Below are positions 1 to 12,562 of a stretch of DNA of 64,000 bases, piece after piece. Position numbers and translations under genes: made by a program. Every line of letters starts with the position of its first letter. Positions within the stretch are counted from its first letter, which is position 1. Location of the stretch: NCBI GenBank assembly GCA_965287045.1, contig OZ336883.1, positions 41,416,001 to 41,480,000 on the forward strand, in the 5' to 3' direction. Below the pieces are notes generated by a model. The model worked only from the letters and a program-made list of their open reading frames with translations. It had not been told where the DNA came from and did not search any database. The DNA is from Carcharhinus amblyrhynchos. Its lineage: Eukaryota.

Positions 1-304
1 GAAGTGGTGTTTCAGGAATAGGTCAGAAAACAAGGGTGAAAGGTAAGGGTACCAAAGTGAGGGCTCCATGGATGCCAAGGGAGATAGAAAATACAATGAA
101 ACAAGAAAGGTAGGGTCTGATGCATGTCAGGTGCATTGTTCCAAGTGAGAAACAAGCCAGACACCATTAGTTGAAAGGGGGAGCGACTAGGAAGATATAA
201 AATGCCAAAGACAGAATATGAAAATGGAGTGGCAATTCACCTAAAAGAAAATCCAAAATCTTCTACCTACCAGCATGTAAATCGTAAACCATTGGGATGC
301 GTGT

Positions 305-597
305 GGTGGCATGATGGCACAATGGTTAACACTACAGCCTCGCCGTCAGGGATCCAGGTGCAATTCCTGGCTTGGGTTACTGTCTATGTGGAGTCTGTAT
401 GTTCTCCCTGTGTCTATGTTGGTTTCTTCCAGGTGCTCCAGTTTCCTCCCACAGTCCAAACAATGTGCTGGTTAAGTGCATTGGCCATGCTAAATTCTCC
501 CTTGGTGTACCTGAACAGTCATTGGAGTGTGGCAACTTGGGATTTTTCACAGTAACTTCATTGCAGTGTTAATGTAAATCTACTTGTAATTAATAAG
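305..597 (+). mobile_element. tRNA-derived V-SINE (HE1-like elasmobranch SINE)
   Basis: A-box-like TGGCACAATGG, B-box-like GGTGCAATTCC and V-domain-like core GGTGCTCCAGTTTCCTCCCACAGTCCAAA. Near-identical reverse-complement copy at 12262-12562. Confidence 0.85.
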
Positions 598-1146
598 TAC
601 ATTTTAAGTAAGAGGCAATGAGGCAGAGCAAAGCTAGAATACTAGTGAGTGCTTGGTATTGGTGCTTACTAAAGAAGAGCATGCTAACAAAACATTGATA
701 GAAACAGAGGCGGTAAAGGTATTGGCTGGAGTGAAAATTGATGGATAGGATGCACTGGAAAAGCTGGCTATGCTTGAAGTGGGTAAGTTTCTTGGCCCTG
801 ATGGCTTACAATCCAGCTTATTTAAGGAAGTGGGATGGAGATAGTCATCTCCATCTTCCGATCTTCCTTACATAGGAGGCAGTGCCAGAGGATTGAGAGT
901 GGCAAATGTAACTCGCTTAATCAAAACAGGGTGTAACGAAGGACATGCCTAATGACCATCGACCAGTCAGTTTAACATCCATACATCCATGATAGGTATG
1001 ATTTTAGAAACAAAATCAGTGAAAATAGTCTGCAGGCATTTGGAGAGATTTGTGTTAAGTGGAGCCAACACAGATTTGTAAAACGCTTATTGTGTTTGAT
1101 TAATCTGACTGAAGTTTAGATGAAGTAGTTGAGAAGGCTGATGAAG

Positions 1147-1337
1147 TGATAGAGAGGTATTAGTAGAGGCAGGTACAATTTTGTCTTTTAAAATGCGTTT
1201 AGACTGTTACATGTGTAAGATGGCTATCAAGGGATATGGACCAAATGTGGACAATTGGGGTTAGCTTAGTCATTAGGGTGGCATCGACAAGTTGGGCCGA
1301 AGGACCTGTTTTCATGCTGTAAACTTCTATGACTCTA
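1147..1337 (+). mobile_element. 5'-truncated CR1 3' tail nested in the older CR1
   Basis: Ends in GGGCCGAAGGACCTGTTTTCATGCTGTAAACTTCTATGACTCTA, the same subfamily tail as ~24030-24206. Flanked by an imperfect duplication, AGGCTGATGAAG (1135-1146) / AAGTTGATGAAG (1337-1348). Confidence 0.75.
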
Positions 1338-1447
1338 AGTTGATGAAGGGAAAACAATGGATGTCGTCTTTTTGGATTTTAAGGAAGTGTTTGACAAAGT
1401 ACCATATAGAAGGTGGTTAACAAAAGTGAGGCTCATTGGAGAGTCAG

Positions 1448-2262
1448 GGGCCGATTTTTACCATCAAGTTGCGCCCGTGTTCAGGCGCAAAAGCTTGGTA
1501 AAGTCGGGCATGAGGCGAGGCGAGGAACTGTACAGGTTCTCCCTTTACCAAGGCCTGAAAATGGCCATGTTTTGCATGCAGTTAAATTGACTTAATAGGC
1601 TGCATGCCCAGTCTTACAGCACTTCCCCCTTGACCACCATGTTCGCCCATCCAGAGTCAGCATGAAACAGACATGTTCCACAAAAGTCCAACTTGGGCAC
1701 TCCAGTTAGTGAGGAGGTAAATGCCGAGAAGCTGACGGCTCTCTGCATGAGATCGGTGAGAGGGAGACAGGGGAAGATGGATCCAACGGCACTCTGCTTG
1801 AGATCAGTGGGGGAAGGGAGGGGTCTGCTGCCATTCTGCTTGAGATCAGTGGGGGGAATTGGGGGGGGTCCACTGCCACTCTGCCTGAGATCAGTGGGGG
1901 AGGAAGAGGGGAGGAGCCTGTGATCGGTCTGGATGGCAGAGGGGGTGGGGGGGGGGATAAGGGGGTCAGCAATGTCTGTGGGGATCGGGGGGAAGTATTA
2001 TCAGGCCCTGCGATATGGCAGGGGAGCCGCATTCTATTATTCTTTTTTGCGCATGCAGTTGGGGGCGTCAATTGGAGCTGCAGGGTTTTGGGTGGGTTAA
2101 ACCCTGCCCATAGACTTGTGCAGCGCAATTTGGAATCGCTGATATTTATGCAGGCAGAGTGCGTATAGGGGCGCCTGAGAACAGGTCTAAAAGTTGGATC
2201 TGAAACACTCCCAGTTTCAAGTCCGCCCAGCACTTAGAATCAAAATGGTGAAATAGGGCCTT
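1448..2262. mobile_element. Non-autonomous TIR DNA element (PIF/Harbinger-like) with internal G-rich degenerate repeats
   Basis: Imperfect TIRs GGGCCGATTTTTACCAT (1448) and ATGGTGAAATAGGGCC (ending 2260), with CAG on both sides (1445-1447, 2263-2265). GC- and CpG-richer than the host CR1. Four copies of C(T/A)CTGCNTGAGATC(A/G)GTG-like motifs at ~1738-1900. Superfamily is inferred from the GGG(C)CC ends and 3-bp TSD. Confidence 0.6.
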
Positions 2263-2689
2263 CAGTGTCCGCTTGTAAAAGGCTCATGGAATAGAATGTT
2301 CAATGTCAACTTGGATAAACAAATTGTCCTAAGGACAGAAAACAGCAAGTCATGGTCAAAATTTGCCAATGTTGCCAAGCTTGGAGATCTGGCAAACATT
2401 GAGGATGATACCAGTCAACTACAATGGGAGATCGCTATGCTAGCAAGTGGCAGATGGAACTCAATACAGAGTAATGTGAGGTGGTACACCTTGGCAATGG
2501 GAATAAGGAGAGGCAAAATAGATTGAAAGGCATAGTTCTAAAGAGTGTAGTGGGGCCTGTGATTCATGTGCATAGGTCTTTGAAGGTGCCAGAGAGTACT
2601 AAACAAAGCATATGGAGGCGTAGGCTTCATGAGTATAGGTATTGAGAACAAAAGCAGAGACGTTGTACTGAACCAGTATGTTTCTAAGT

Positions 2690-3920
2690 GCCAGGCACCA
2701 TTGCTATTATGTTATGGATGGGTGCCACATAGCTACCACTACAAGACGGTATTGCTGTTAACCAACTTGAATATCTATGGAAGATCTACAACAAGATTCA
2801 AGAGGTTTATTGAAGATGTATCTCACCTGAGCTTTGTGCCCACTGCAACACTGTCCCAATTATACCTATCTGGACTGGTTCCACAACAATATTATCAATA
2901 AGTACCACTCTCCCTCAAAAGCATAGGTAGCAGGAGAGAATCCGCTAATCACAAGTCAACTCACCATTTTGGCAGTCTCCAATAACGCCTTCCATTGTGC
3001 TATTTATCCTTAGGTAAGGAGATAGATATCCCTTTGTTAGATTTAAATTGGGTGAGAAAATCAATAACACTCCACTCTTATTGTTGTAATTTGCAAGTGC
3101 TTCTCCATAAGCATCCCAATACACTCATCAACTGCTCACTGGATTTCATGTAGTCACATCCTGATTCAGAAACGTGTGAGTCTAAAGATCCTCAATTCCC
3201 AGTCTTGAACTCCTTCCAGTCAAAACTACTGATTTCTGCATAATTGGTGTACTACTTGAACCTTTCCATTCACACATGGATGATAGATGATTCCTGTTGT
3301 AGGAAGATAGCTCATTCAACCAGAATGGTACCTACAAACGGCTTGTGCCAGATTTACCATGTCCAACTTTCAATGATTCAAAACAGGATTTCACAATAAC
3401 ATAGGGGAGTAGAAAGCCCTGAGGGAGCAGATTTTTTTGAACAAAAATTTAAATATACCAAAACATCCAAAATACATTAACAAGATCCTGACTCGTCTGT
3501 CCTGATCCAAAAATAGTGGCCTTGCTCAAAATCATTTACAAACCAAACTCCGATGTTTTGCTAGGATTTATTGTACTAATTTTCCTCTGGAATATAGCTG
3601 CAGCAATGTAGGAAGATACAGGTGACCAGACTTGGCTTCTCAGATGCACAAATCTGCAAAATACACAATGAATCAGCTGAATAGTAATATAGTATCCCTG
3701 GGACAAATTCTGCTGTATTGGAAATCAACCTCTCAGAATGCCAATCTTAGTGCAAATTTCTAACCACCCAAATACTCAGGTAGGACATTCTCCTAATGGT
3801 CGACGCATGTTGATACACATTATCACCAGACTTGCTGAGCAGTATTTTGTTGACCTACAAGCATTCTAAAACAGGCCTTGATAAGGCTGCTGTTTGTTCC
3901 CTTTTGGGTGAACTGTTGCC
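2690..3920 (-). mobile_element. Highly degenerate Gypsy-type LTR retrotransposon pol remnant
   Basis: The minus strand of 3256-3285 reads YHPCVNGKVQ (cf. integrase YHPQSNGxVER). Weaker RT-like fragments (FGIFKF...SAP) at ~3415-3470. Boundaries approximate. Confidence 0.55.
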
Positions 3921-3931
3921 TCATCACCAAA

Positions 3932-4057
3932 GATGTGGAGATGCCGGCGTTGGACTGGGGTAAACACAGAAGTCTCACAACACCAGGTTAAAGTCCAAAT
4001 AAAGTCAAAATAAACTTGTTGGACTTTAACCTGGTGTTGTGAGACTTTTTACTGTCC
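3932..4057. mobile_element. Short palindromic Penelope-like (inverted pLTR) insertion
   Basis: Perfect 29-bp inverted repeat (3970-3998 / 4019-4047). Flanking direct repeat TCACCAAAGA (3924-3933, 4058-4067). Same family as 61389-61454. Confidence 0.75.
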
Positions 4058-4181
4058 TCACCAAAGACCAGCTTTAAAACCCCACAAATTCCAAATCATC
4101 CCATTGCTTGAGATCCTTACATACATCTAGAGATTCTGCCAAATTACAGACTTTGGGTTCTATTCAACAGTGACTTAAATA

Positions 4182-4515
4182 CAGTAAAATCTTTAATATC
4201 TGTCAAGTGCAGGATGGTGTTGTTAAATAGGCGGTTAAAAATGGCAGTTAATAGTTCTGTTGGTCAATGGAATACAAAGCAATATTTGTAGCATGAACTA
4301 ATATGCATGTACTCAGGAAGTAAAGAACAGTAGTCGTTTTACTTCTTAATCTTCAGGACACTAAAATATAAAATAATACAGTATACTGGTGTAGACGCTG
4401 GATAATATAACTTCTTCCAATTGGTCACATGACATTTTATGTTCAGGGATTATCATAAATTCCAATTAGTAGAGAATTCTGGTTGGTAGACTTCTGGATA
4501 GCACAAGGTTGACTG
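4182..4515. mobile_element. Old Tc1/mariner-pogo (Tigger-like) MITE
   Basis: TA-CAGT ... ACTG-TA ends. The left end CAGTAAAATCTTTAATATCTG matches the reverse complement of the right end, CAGTCAACCTTGTGCTATCCA, at 12/21 positions. Confidence 0.5.
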
Positions 4516-4899
4516 TAGTAGGGTAGGTCACTTTAGCATTGGCAACAATCACGGTTGTCCTGAAGAATTAAGAAAATAAGTCTGCTGTTGGCATTGGTCC
4601 ATCCACCAAAGATGATGGGCACAGAGCAAACAGTTCACTTAGGCAGAGGCATCTTAATTTTGTGCACATTTGCTGATGGCAATGAATCAACCTCTCAATG
4701 ATTGGCCTTCACAGCCATGGTGGTGCAAGCCAGCCCACAGGAGATGTTGTCATTTCCCTTGTTCATCAGCCAATGACTCCCAAGTGTGATAGACAATGCT
4801 TAGGGCCTTCACGCCATACTAGCAAGTATTCTTGAAGTGGAGCCTTGGACGCCCCACTGGTCATCTGGCTCCGACTATCTCACCATACAGAAGGTCTTT

Positions 4900-5830
4900 T
4901 GGTGTGCTTGAGTGCACAGAGTATGAAGCCAGGAGTTTGGTGAATGAGGGGATCTTAAGGTTAATTTCTTTCTAAAATCTAGTTTTTATTTATGTTTAGC
5001 AATTAACAAAATAATACCATTTAAGAGGTAAGTTAAATTTCTTCCAGTCTTAAACAGGCTTATACAAGTTCTCTGAGAGCAGCTGTTTTGAGTTTATTGG
5101 GTAGCTAGCTTAAATTGATTTCTGAGCTTTAGCAGAGCCGACTCATCTATGTTTTTCAGAGAGCATAAATACAGGGGTCCCTGTGTGCTGCTTGGGTGTG
5201 CAGACTGTAATGCCGGGAGTTCGCGGAAGAGGGAGACTAGAAATTAATTCAGAAAAATACATTTAATTAACACAATAAGGTGACAGGACAAGTGATGTGT
5301 CATGGCTGCAGCATGTGGGAGCTGTTGGATGCCACTGCAATCCATGGCAATTGTCTGTAGCTTGAGAAGCTTTGGCTCAAAATTAACAAACTAGTGACCG
5401 AGCTGCAGACATTGCGATGCATCAGGGAGGGAGAAGGTTACCTGGGCACTGACCTAATATGGTCAGTGGTCAGGATAGGTTCCCATTCCTCTACCACGCT
5501 AGTTCAAACCCTCCCCTGTAGCACTAGCAAATCTCTGTGAGGTTTAGTCCCAGTCCAGTTAAGGTGTGCTCATTCATATTTGGACCAGGTCCAATCTGTC
5601 CCAGAAGTGATCCCAATGCTTCTGAAATCTGATACCCTCCCTCTCGCACTAATTCTCCAGACTGCCTGATGGTCACCCAGTTTCCGCTGCCTGAATGCTC
5701 CTAACCAGCAATGTGACCAGCTCCCTTAAACCATGCAATTGACGTAGCTTTTAGCCTTGCGCATGTACAACAGTGACTCCATTTGCCACTTGAGTTCCAA
5801 AACCTGAAGCTCAAGCTTCTGGAGCTGGTG
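4900..5830 (+). mobile_element. CR1 5' region/ORF1 remnant; the part from ~5480 appears to be an opposite-strand CR1 piece
   Basis: VMCHGCSMWEL at 5292-5324 and LRCIRE at ~5412 resemble the CR1 ORF1 zinc-finger/leucine-zipper start. Confidence 0.55.
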
Positions 5831-5844
5831 ATACTTACTGAGTA

Positions 5845-6030
5845 TATTCCTAATTTTATAGAACCAGTTTTGGTCTCCTTACCTAATGAAAGATATACTT
5901 GCCACAGAGGGAATGCGACAATGGTTCACCATGTTAATTCCTGGTATGGAGGGATTGTCCTGTAACGAAAGATTAAGTAGACTGGATGTGTATTCTCTGG
6001 AGTTTAAAAGGATTAGGAACAGTCTGACCT
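5845..6030 (+). mobile_element. CR1 ORF2 C-terminal fragment
   Basis: QWFTMLIPGMEGLSCNERLSRLDVYSLEFKRIR resembles QRRFTRLIPGMxGLSYEERLxRLGLYSLEFRR. Confidence 0.75.
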
Positions 6031-6354
6031 CAAACCTCACTGGATCTCTAAGTCCCTCATTTTTAGGATGCTCCTTGAAACATAGCTTTTTGACCATGCT
6101 GATGATTGCACAATGTTGACTATCTTTCATAATTCTTCAGTTGTATTCAGCAAGATCTGGACACATTCAGATGGGCTGATGTGTGATGCAGATATTAAAT
6201 GTCACTTAAATGCCAGGCAATGACCATCTCAAACAAGAGAGCATTTAACCATCAGCATTTGACATTCATTGGCATTACCAGCATTGAATCCCCTACTATC
6301 AGCACCTGGGAGGTTACTACTGATGAGAAACAACTGAACTGAACATGTATATAT

Positions 6355-6685
6355 GGGTGGCATGGTGGCACAGTGGTTAGCACTGCTGCCTTACAGCATC
6401 AGGGACCCAAGTTCGATTCCAACCTTGGGTGACTGTGCGGAGTCTGCATGTTCTCCTTGTGTTTGCTTGGATGGTTTAGTTTCTTTCCAGTCCAAAGATG
6501 TGCAGGTTAGGTGGATTGGCCATGCAAAATGTCCAGAGATGTGCAGGTTAGGGAATTACCATGAAAAATCTGGGATTATGGGGATAGTATGTGGGGGAGG
6601 ATCTGGACGGGATCCTCCTTCAGAGAGTCAGTGCAGACTCGATGGCCAAATGGCTTGTTCCTACACTGTAGAGATTCTGATTTTA
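6355..6685 (+). mobile_element. HE1-like tRNA-derived SINE with CR1-type tail
   Basis: Head GGTGGCATGGTGGCACAGTGGTTAGCACTGCTGCC, B box GTTCGATTCC, core CAGTCCAAAGATGTGCAGGTTAGGTGGATTGGCC and tail GTGCAGACTCGATGG. A partial second copy lies at ~6985-7170. Confidence 0.8.
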
Positions 6686-6689
6686 AATT

Positions 6690-7813
6690 CTTACAAGACG
6701 AAACAGGGTAGATGCAGGAGGGATATTCCCCCTTGTTGGCAGATCTAGAACCTGCGGATGCAGTCTCAGAGTAAGGGGTAGGCCATTTTGGACTAAGATG
6801 AGGATGAATTTCTTCACTCAGAATGGTAAATCTTTGGAGTTCTCTGCCCAAGGGCTGTAGAGGCTCAGTCACTGAGTGTGCTCAAAACTGAGATCAATAG
6901 ATTTCTACATACTAAAAACATCAAGAGATCCTGGGATAGGGTAGGAAGATAATGTTGAAGTAGAAAATCACCCATGATAATCCAAAAATGCACAGATTAG
7001 GTGGATTGGCCATGCTGAATTGCCCCTTAGCATCTCAAGATGGGTATGTTAGATGGATTAGCCATGGGAAATGTGAGGGGGTATGGGTATAGAATGGGAT
7101 AGAGGTAAGATACTCTGTCAGAGAGTCAGTGCAGACTTGATAGGTGAATGGCCTTCTGCCCTGGAGGGACTATATTTATATAACCTCATTGAATGGTGGA
7201 GTTGGCTTGAAGGGCTGAGCAGCCTACTGCTGCTTTTCTTAAATGTTCTATGGATCATGCCCATTTATTGTAATTAATTCATAGATCTTGCTACATATTC
7301 TGTATGCATTCAGATAAGTAGCCTTTAATTCTGCCTTGTTTACCCCCTGCTCTCACCCTATTTGCTGGTGCATTTAAGTTCTGTCCCTTCCTATCATACT
7401 CTGATTATCTTTCCCTGTAATTCAAATGAGCAGTTTAAGCCTATGAAAGGAGATCTATTGAGGTACATAAGGTGATAAAAGGTATTGACAAAATAGATAT
7501 AGAGCGGATGCTTTTTCTTGTGGGGCAACCTAGCACAAGATGTCATGGTTTTAGGATAAGAGGTAGCAGGTTTAAAATAGAGATGAGGAGACCTTCTTTT
7601 CCCAAATCAGTGGAATTCGCTACCCAGAGTTCAGTGGATGTTAGGATATTTAAGGAGGAGATAAACAGGTTTTTAATTAGTAATGGATTGAAAGGTTATG
7701 GAGAACAGGCAGGAAAGTGGAGTTAAAGCCGAGACAAGATCAGTTATGATCGTATTGAATGGCAGAGCAGGCTTGAGGGGGTGAATTGCCTACTCCTGTT
7801 CCTAGTTCTTATG
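6690..7813 (+). mobile_element. Cluster of CR1 3'-end fragments (~6690-6975, ~7180-7250, ~7445-7813)
   Basis: GDLLRYIR/KGIDKIDIERM-like peptides and the typical tail TTGAATGGCAGAGCAGGCTTGAGGGG...CCTACTCCTGTTCCTA. Confidence 0.75.
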
Positions 7814-10419
7814 CTGCCTTGCCTTATCCTTTCTCATTCTTTCGAAATATCCCCTCACATGAATCCTTCTCCGTCAATTATTACTTTAAAGCTCTCTCTA
7901 CAGCCTGAGTTATATGATTTGCCAGGTCATTGGTCCCAGCATGGTTCAAGTGCAGGCTGTCCCAATGATTTAGCTTCCTCTTTCCCCAATACTAGTGCCA
8001 GTCACTCACGAATTGAAACCCATTTTTCCCCATACCAGTCTTTGAGTCACAAATTTAATTATCTGATTTTATTTACCCTATGCCAATTTGACCATAGCTC
8101 AGGTAGTATTCCAGTGATTATTACTTTTGTGTTTTGCTTTTACATTTAGTTCCAGAACCTCATAGTCTCTTAGAACCTGTTCCTTAGTCCTATCTCTGTC
8201 ACCTGTTTAAAAATGGCAGTTCTCGAACCTGTTTGGCATTGTGGATTTTTTCTGTTGCAGGCAAATAAAGTCAGCAGAGAATGGCTGCCAAAATGTAGTT
8301 CATAGAAGCCATTTTGAAGTGGCAACAATAACTAATAAAATAAAGAAGATGCGATTATCAGAATTATTACTGCCAAAATGGAATTGGTGAGTTTCAGATA
8401 GATTAACGTGGAAGTTTTTTTCTTTAGTCAGCTCATTAGCACAACTTCAGGGCAGACAAATCCCGAAAAGAAGTCTTTTTATGGGAGTGCATGAAAATTA
8501 AAATTAAAGCCAATTAGAAGTAAATACTACAATGCAACAATTCCTCTTTGAACCAATAACTTATAAAAAGACATGTGAATTTCCCAAATACAGACATGAA
8601 GAATCAAATGACAAAACATCACATTTTAAGATTTAGTAGAATCGACATTAATTAAACATTTAGTGGACAAGTAATACACTAAGCAACAGAAAAGGTATTC
8701 CCCATTAATATCTTAATGCAACCAAAAATCTTACACTATGTTGATACTTTACACTGTTCCCTCAACAGAAATGTACTCATGTCTTTGATAGGATCTCTTC
8801 TTCCTGCTTCACAGAGTGAATCTTCCTGTGTCCCTTTTTTGAAAGATCCCTTCACTCAGTCTTTTGAGTATAATCAAATGGACTTCCTGTAATGATGCTT
8901 CCTCTGGAAACTCCTTGGTTCTTTAATTCTCTGCCAGCTTCATTACATTATGCAGGGGATCTGTCCTTACCAGTTAAGAGCACAGCTGATGTTAAACACC
9001 AGGGTATTCCAAATCCCAGAAGGGAAGCTTGAAACACCTGCTTTCAACTGTACTTTTGCAATTTGAGATAATGTGAGGAAAGATATCAGAACCAGAGAAG
9101 AATGTTCCAGATGTCTTTGTAGTGATTTTAAATAAAATAAATGTCTAAACAATAAAATGCACAATAAGAAAGTCAGCTAGAAATGCACTGACCTGACTCA
9201 TTGGCTACATGCAGTATCTTTAAATTTACCCCGTTCTAAATCCCTGCATTTCCCTAACTTCAGAGTTAATCTTTCCCAAACAACATTCTCCAAGATTTTA
9301 AAACTGTAGGAACCTCAACTCCTCCTATGAATCCTAACATTTTTACTCAAACACTTGACATTCTTTTCTCCATTGTTCTCAAGTTATCTTAGGTAAACAT
9401 CTGTTTACATATATTGCTAGACCTATCAACATATCAAAAACATTAGTTCTATCAACCTAGCCAAATTGTCTCTACTATTACACAGCTTTCATTTTTAAAT
9501 AGTTTTTTTTAAACATATGACCACCAGAAGTATATTCCCAATTGCTAGATTCTGTTGATCTATCATGTTATCATGATTCCCTGACACCAGCATTCTGCTT
9601 GGTCTTTTTTCCAAAAACTCTGTTTCTGACTGACTTTGAGGATCCGTGAGTATGTATTCAACAAGACCAGCTGCCTCATCCTTTGTGTCCAGGTGTTCAA
9701 ACTTACACCTTACTTTCAATAAACTTTGATCAGGGCTTCTTTGCCATGCCAACCAGGTCTCGTGGACTTGTCTCTGGGCAGATTGGGGATTATTAAGAGG
9801 GTGAGGGGGCTAAAGGATACTATGGAACTAGGGAGGCGCAAGGCCATGAATAGATTTGATACCAAGGATGACCATTTTAAATCAAGATGTTGCTTAACCT
9901 GGAGCCAGTATAGTTTAGTGAGCTCATGGGTGAAAGGGGAACAAACCTTGTTGTAAACTATGGTGCCCCTCCATGCCCTCCCGATTGGTCCATAGGTTGT
10001 TTGGTGGAGAAAAAGAGCAGAAGTGGAGTCCAAGAACACAGTTAATATTGTTGAAAGGATTAGAGAGGGGATGAATGGCATTGGAGAACTGGTCGGCAGT
10101 GGGTATGGTTGTTAAGCATATATATCAGTAATAAGATAGTTTGACTGGAGGCATAGAGGATGGTGGTGGATGGCATGGGATAGGAAGGATGGAATCGCAT
10201 GAGGTGGGTAATGCATTGGAAGAATAGACTGGAAAGATATCTCCTCGCCACCACACCACATCCAAACCACCCCACCACTACCACCATCCCACCACCACCA
10301 CAGCCATCGCTCTGCTGCCCCAGATTAAGCAGTGAAGCTCAGATCATGTTCCACTTTGTGTGTCAGCACTACTTTTGTGCTTTGGTTGATCATACTGATC
10401 CCAATGATTTTTAATTAGC

Positions 10420-10930
10420 TAAACTTCAAGATGAAGACGATACTGACAAAATGTCAGTAGTGACAGTGATGGGATGAAAATTGATAGGGCAGGTGTATTG
10501 GAGAGGCTAGCTTTACTTAAAGTGGATAAATCACCTGGTCCAAATTGCTACCATCCTAGTTTGCAAAGGGAAGGTGAGAATGGAGATAGCAGAAGGGCTT
10601 ACCATAATCTTCCAGTCATCCCAAAATATGAGGGATGTGCCAGAGGATTGGAGAGTGGCAAACATGATATCTCTCCAGAAAGGGTGTAAGGACCTGCCGA
10701 CTAACTGCAGGCTGGTAAGTTTAACATGAGTGGTGACTAAGGTTTTTGAAACAAAAGTTATTAAATTATCAACAAGCACTAGAAGAGGTTTGAGTTAATT
10801 AAGGGTCATCATGAACTTGTAAAGGTGATGAAAAGGTAGGGGAGTGGCATTCAGTAAATTGTTTTTGTTCGAGACCCAGTACAGACATGATGGGATTATC
10901 AGCTTCCTACTGTGTTGTAATCATCTATGA
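10420..10930 (+). mobile_element. CR1 ORF2 fragment
   Basis: LERLALLKVDKSPGP and VPEDWRVAN motifs, frameshifted. Confidence 0.75.
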
Positions 10931-10994
10931 TGAGTCTGTGTCAACCAAGGGACAGCTATATTGTGCAGTGGTGACTGGGAGCAAGGGTCAGAGT

Positions 10995-11720
10995 AATTAT
11001 GGGATGAGAATGGTGTGAGATAGGAATGGCATAGGATATGTGTCACATGAAGGATGGAATGCCATTGGATGGGTATTGCATGGGAGGGAGGGGTTGGCTT
11101 GAGAGGGATGCAATGGCATAGGAAAGATGGAATATTAAGGAATGACTTGGGAGGAGTGGGAGAGAGGTGATGGCATCAGGTGGTTTGGGAAGGATCGTAT
11201 GGTGAGGGAGGTGATGGACAGGATGGAATAGCATGCATTAAAAAGAGGGATGATATGAGAGGCATGAGAAGTGATGGCATGGCATGGGAAGGTGGCTAGG
11301 AGGGCATGACACTAGATGGTATGGGTAGGATGGCATGTCCTGGGATGGAGATGAAAGGAAAGGAGGTGAGGAAAGATGGCATCAGATAGATGCAATGGGA
11401 GGGATAAACTACATGGCATGAGGGGGAGGAATGGAATGGAAGGGTTGAGATGGCAGTGGCATGGGAAGGATGAAATGGCATAGAATGGGAATGGCATGGA
11501 AGGCAGAGGATGATGTTGGTTTTGCATAACATAGGGAATGTCATGGGAAGAGTAGATAGGTAGCATGTGAAAGATGGAATGGCATGAGGAAGGGAATGGC
11601 ATAGAAGGGTTGGATATGATGATGAAATGGATTAAGAGTAAGAATTTATCCATAAATATGTTGTGGGAGGGATGCAGTGACATAAGTGGGGATGGTATGG
11701 GAGAAATGGATGTAATGATG
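10995..11720 (+). repeat. Purine-rich low-complexity tract of degenerate GGAATGG/GATGGCAT units
   Basis: Dense ATGG/GGCATG/GGATG words with strong strand asymmetry. Generates spurious Pro/His/Ser ORFs on the minus strand. Confidence 0.7.
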
Positions 11721-12261
11721 GAATTGGTTAAGTGGAGCTGGCTGGAAAGTTTTGATGAAGTTGATCGGCCACGATCATATTGAGTGGCAAAACAGGCATG
11801 TTGTGCCATATGGTCTAATCCTGCTCCTACTTATGTTAAGTATATTAAACTGACTGCAAATGTTTTGAATGTCTGCTAGCTTCTTTATAATTTTAAATCT
11901 TCAATGTAAATGCTCAGGATTAAACTGCCTAATATGACAATATATTCCTTTTGACCATTATGTTGGTGGCCTTGCCAACAGCTGCCAAAGCTCTAAGCAT
12001 TGGAAATCATCCCTAAACCTCTCTGTCTCTCTTTCTTCCTTTAGGTCACGCTTTAAAACCAACACTTTAACAATGTTTTTGGTCATCTGCCCCAATATTT
12101 TCTTATGTGTATCAGTGTCAAATTATGCATCATAATGTATTCATTATCAGTGTCATCTGGGAAATGGATGAGCACCTGTATTGCCACAAAACTATACCTA
12201 TTGGGCCATAACTTCCTCAGAGCAGCAGTCAATGGCAAATTATCACTCTGTAATGACGTTA

Positions 12262-12562
12262 GTTTATTTACTAGTGTCACAAGTAAGCTTACATTAACAC
12301 TGCAATGAAGTTACTGTGAAAATCCCCAAGTTGCCACACTCCAGTGCCTGTTTGGGTTCATGAGGGAGAATTTAGCATGATTATTGCACCTAACCAGCAC
12401 ACCTTATGGACTGTGGGAGGAAACCAGAGCACCCAGAGGAAACTCATGAAGACATGGGGAGAACATGCAGACTCCACACAGACTGACCCAAGCCAGGAAT
12501 CAAACCCGGGTCCCTGGTGCTGTGATGCAGCAGTGCTAACCACTGTGCCACCGTGCCGCCCC
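12262..12562 (-). mobile_element. tRNA-derived V-SINE (HE1-like), near full length
   Basis: Reverse complement starts GGGGCGGCACGGTGGCACAGTGGTTAGCACTGCTGC and contains B box GGTTTGATTCC. Matches 305-597 along its length. Confidence 0.85.

Larger units (their letters stand above)
30..2680 (+). mobile_element. Degenerate CR1-clade LINE ORF2 (reverse transcriptase) remnant, interrupted by three younger insertions
   Basis: Decayed RT-region motifs appear in the expected order: KENPKS (~244), GPDG..P..LKEV (~795-830), VPEDW-VANV-like (~882-912), MDVVFLDFKEVFDKVP (1357-1404; cf. DVVYLDFxKAFDKVPH) and KFANVAKLG (~2359-2385; cf. KFADDTKLG). Many stops and frameshifts. Confidence 0.85.

Noticed and set aside
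305-380. tRNA genes suggested by A/B boxes (also at 6355, 12562 and 57171)
   Set aside because: They continue into SINE bodies and tails and lack an intact cloverleaf.
11043-11809. Pro/His/Ser-rich minus-strand ORFs
   Set aside because: Produced by the purine-rich low-complexity tract.
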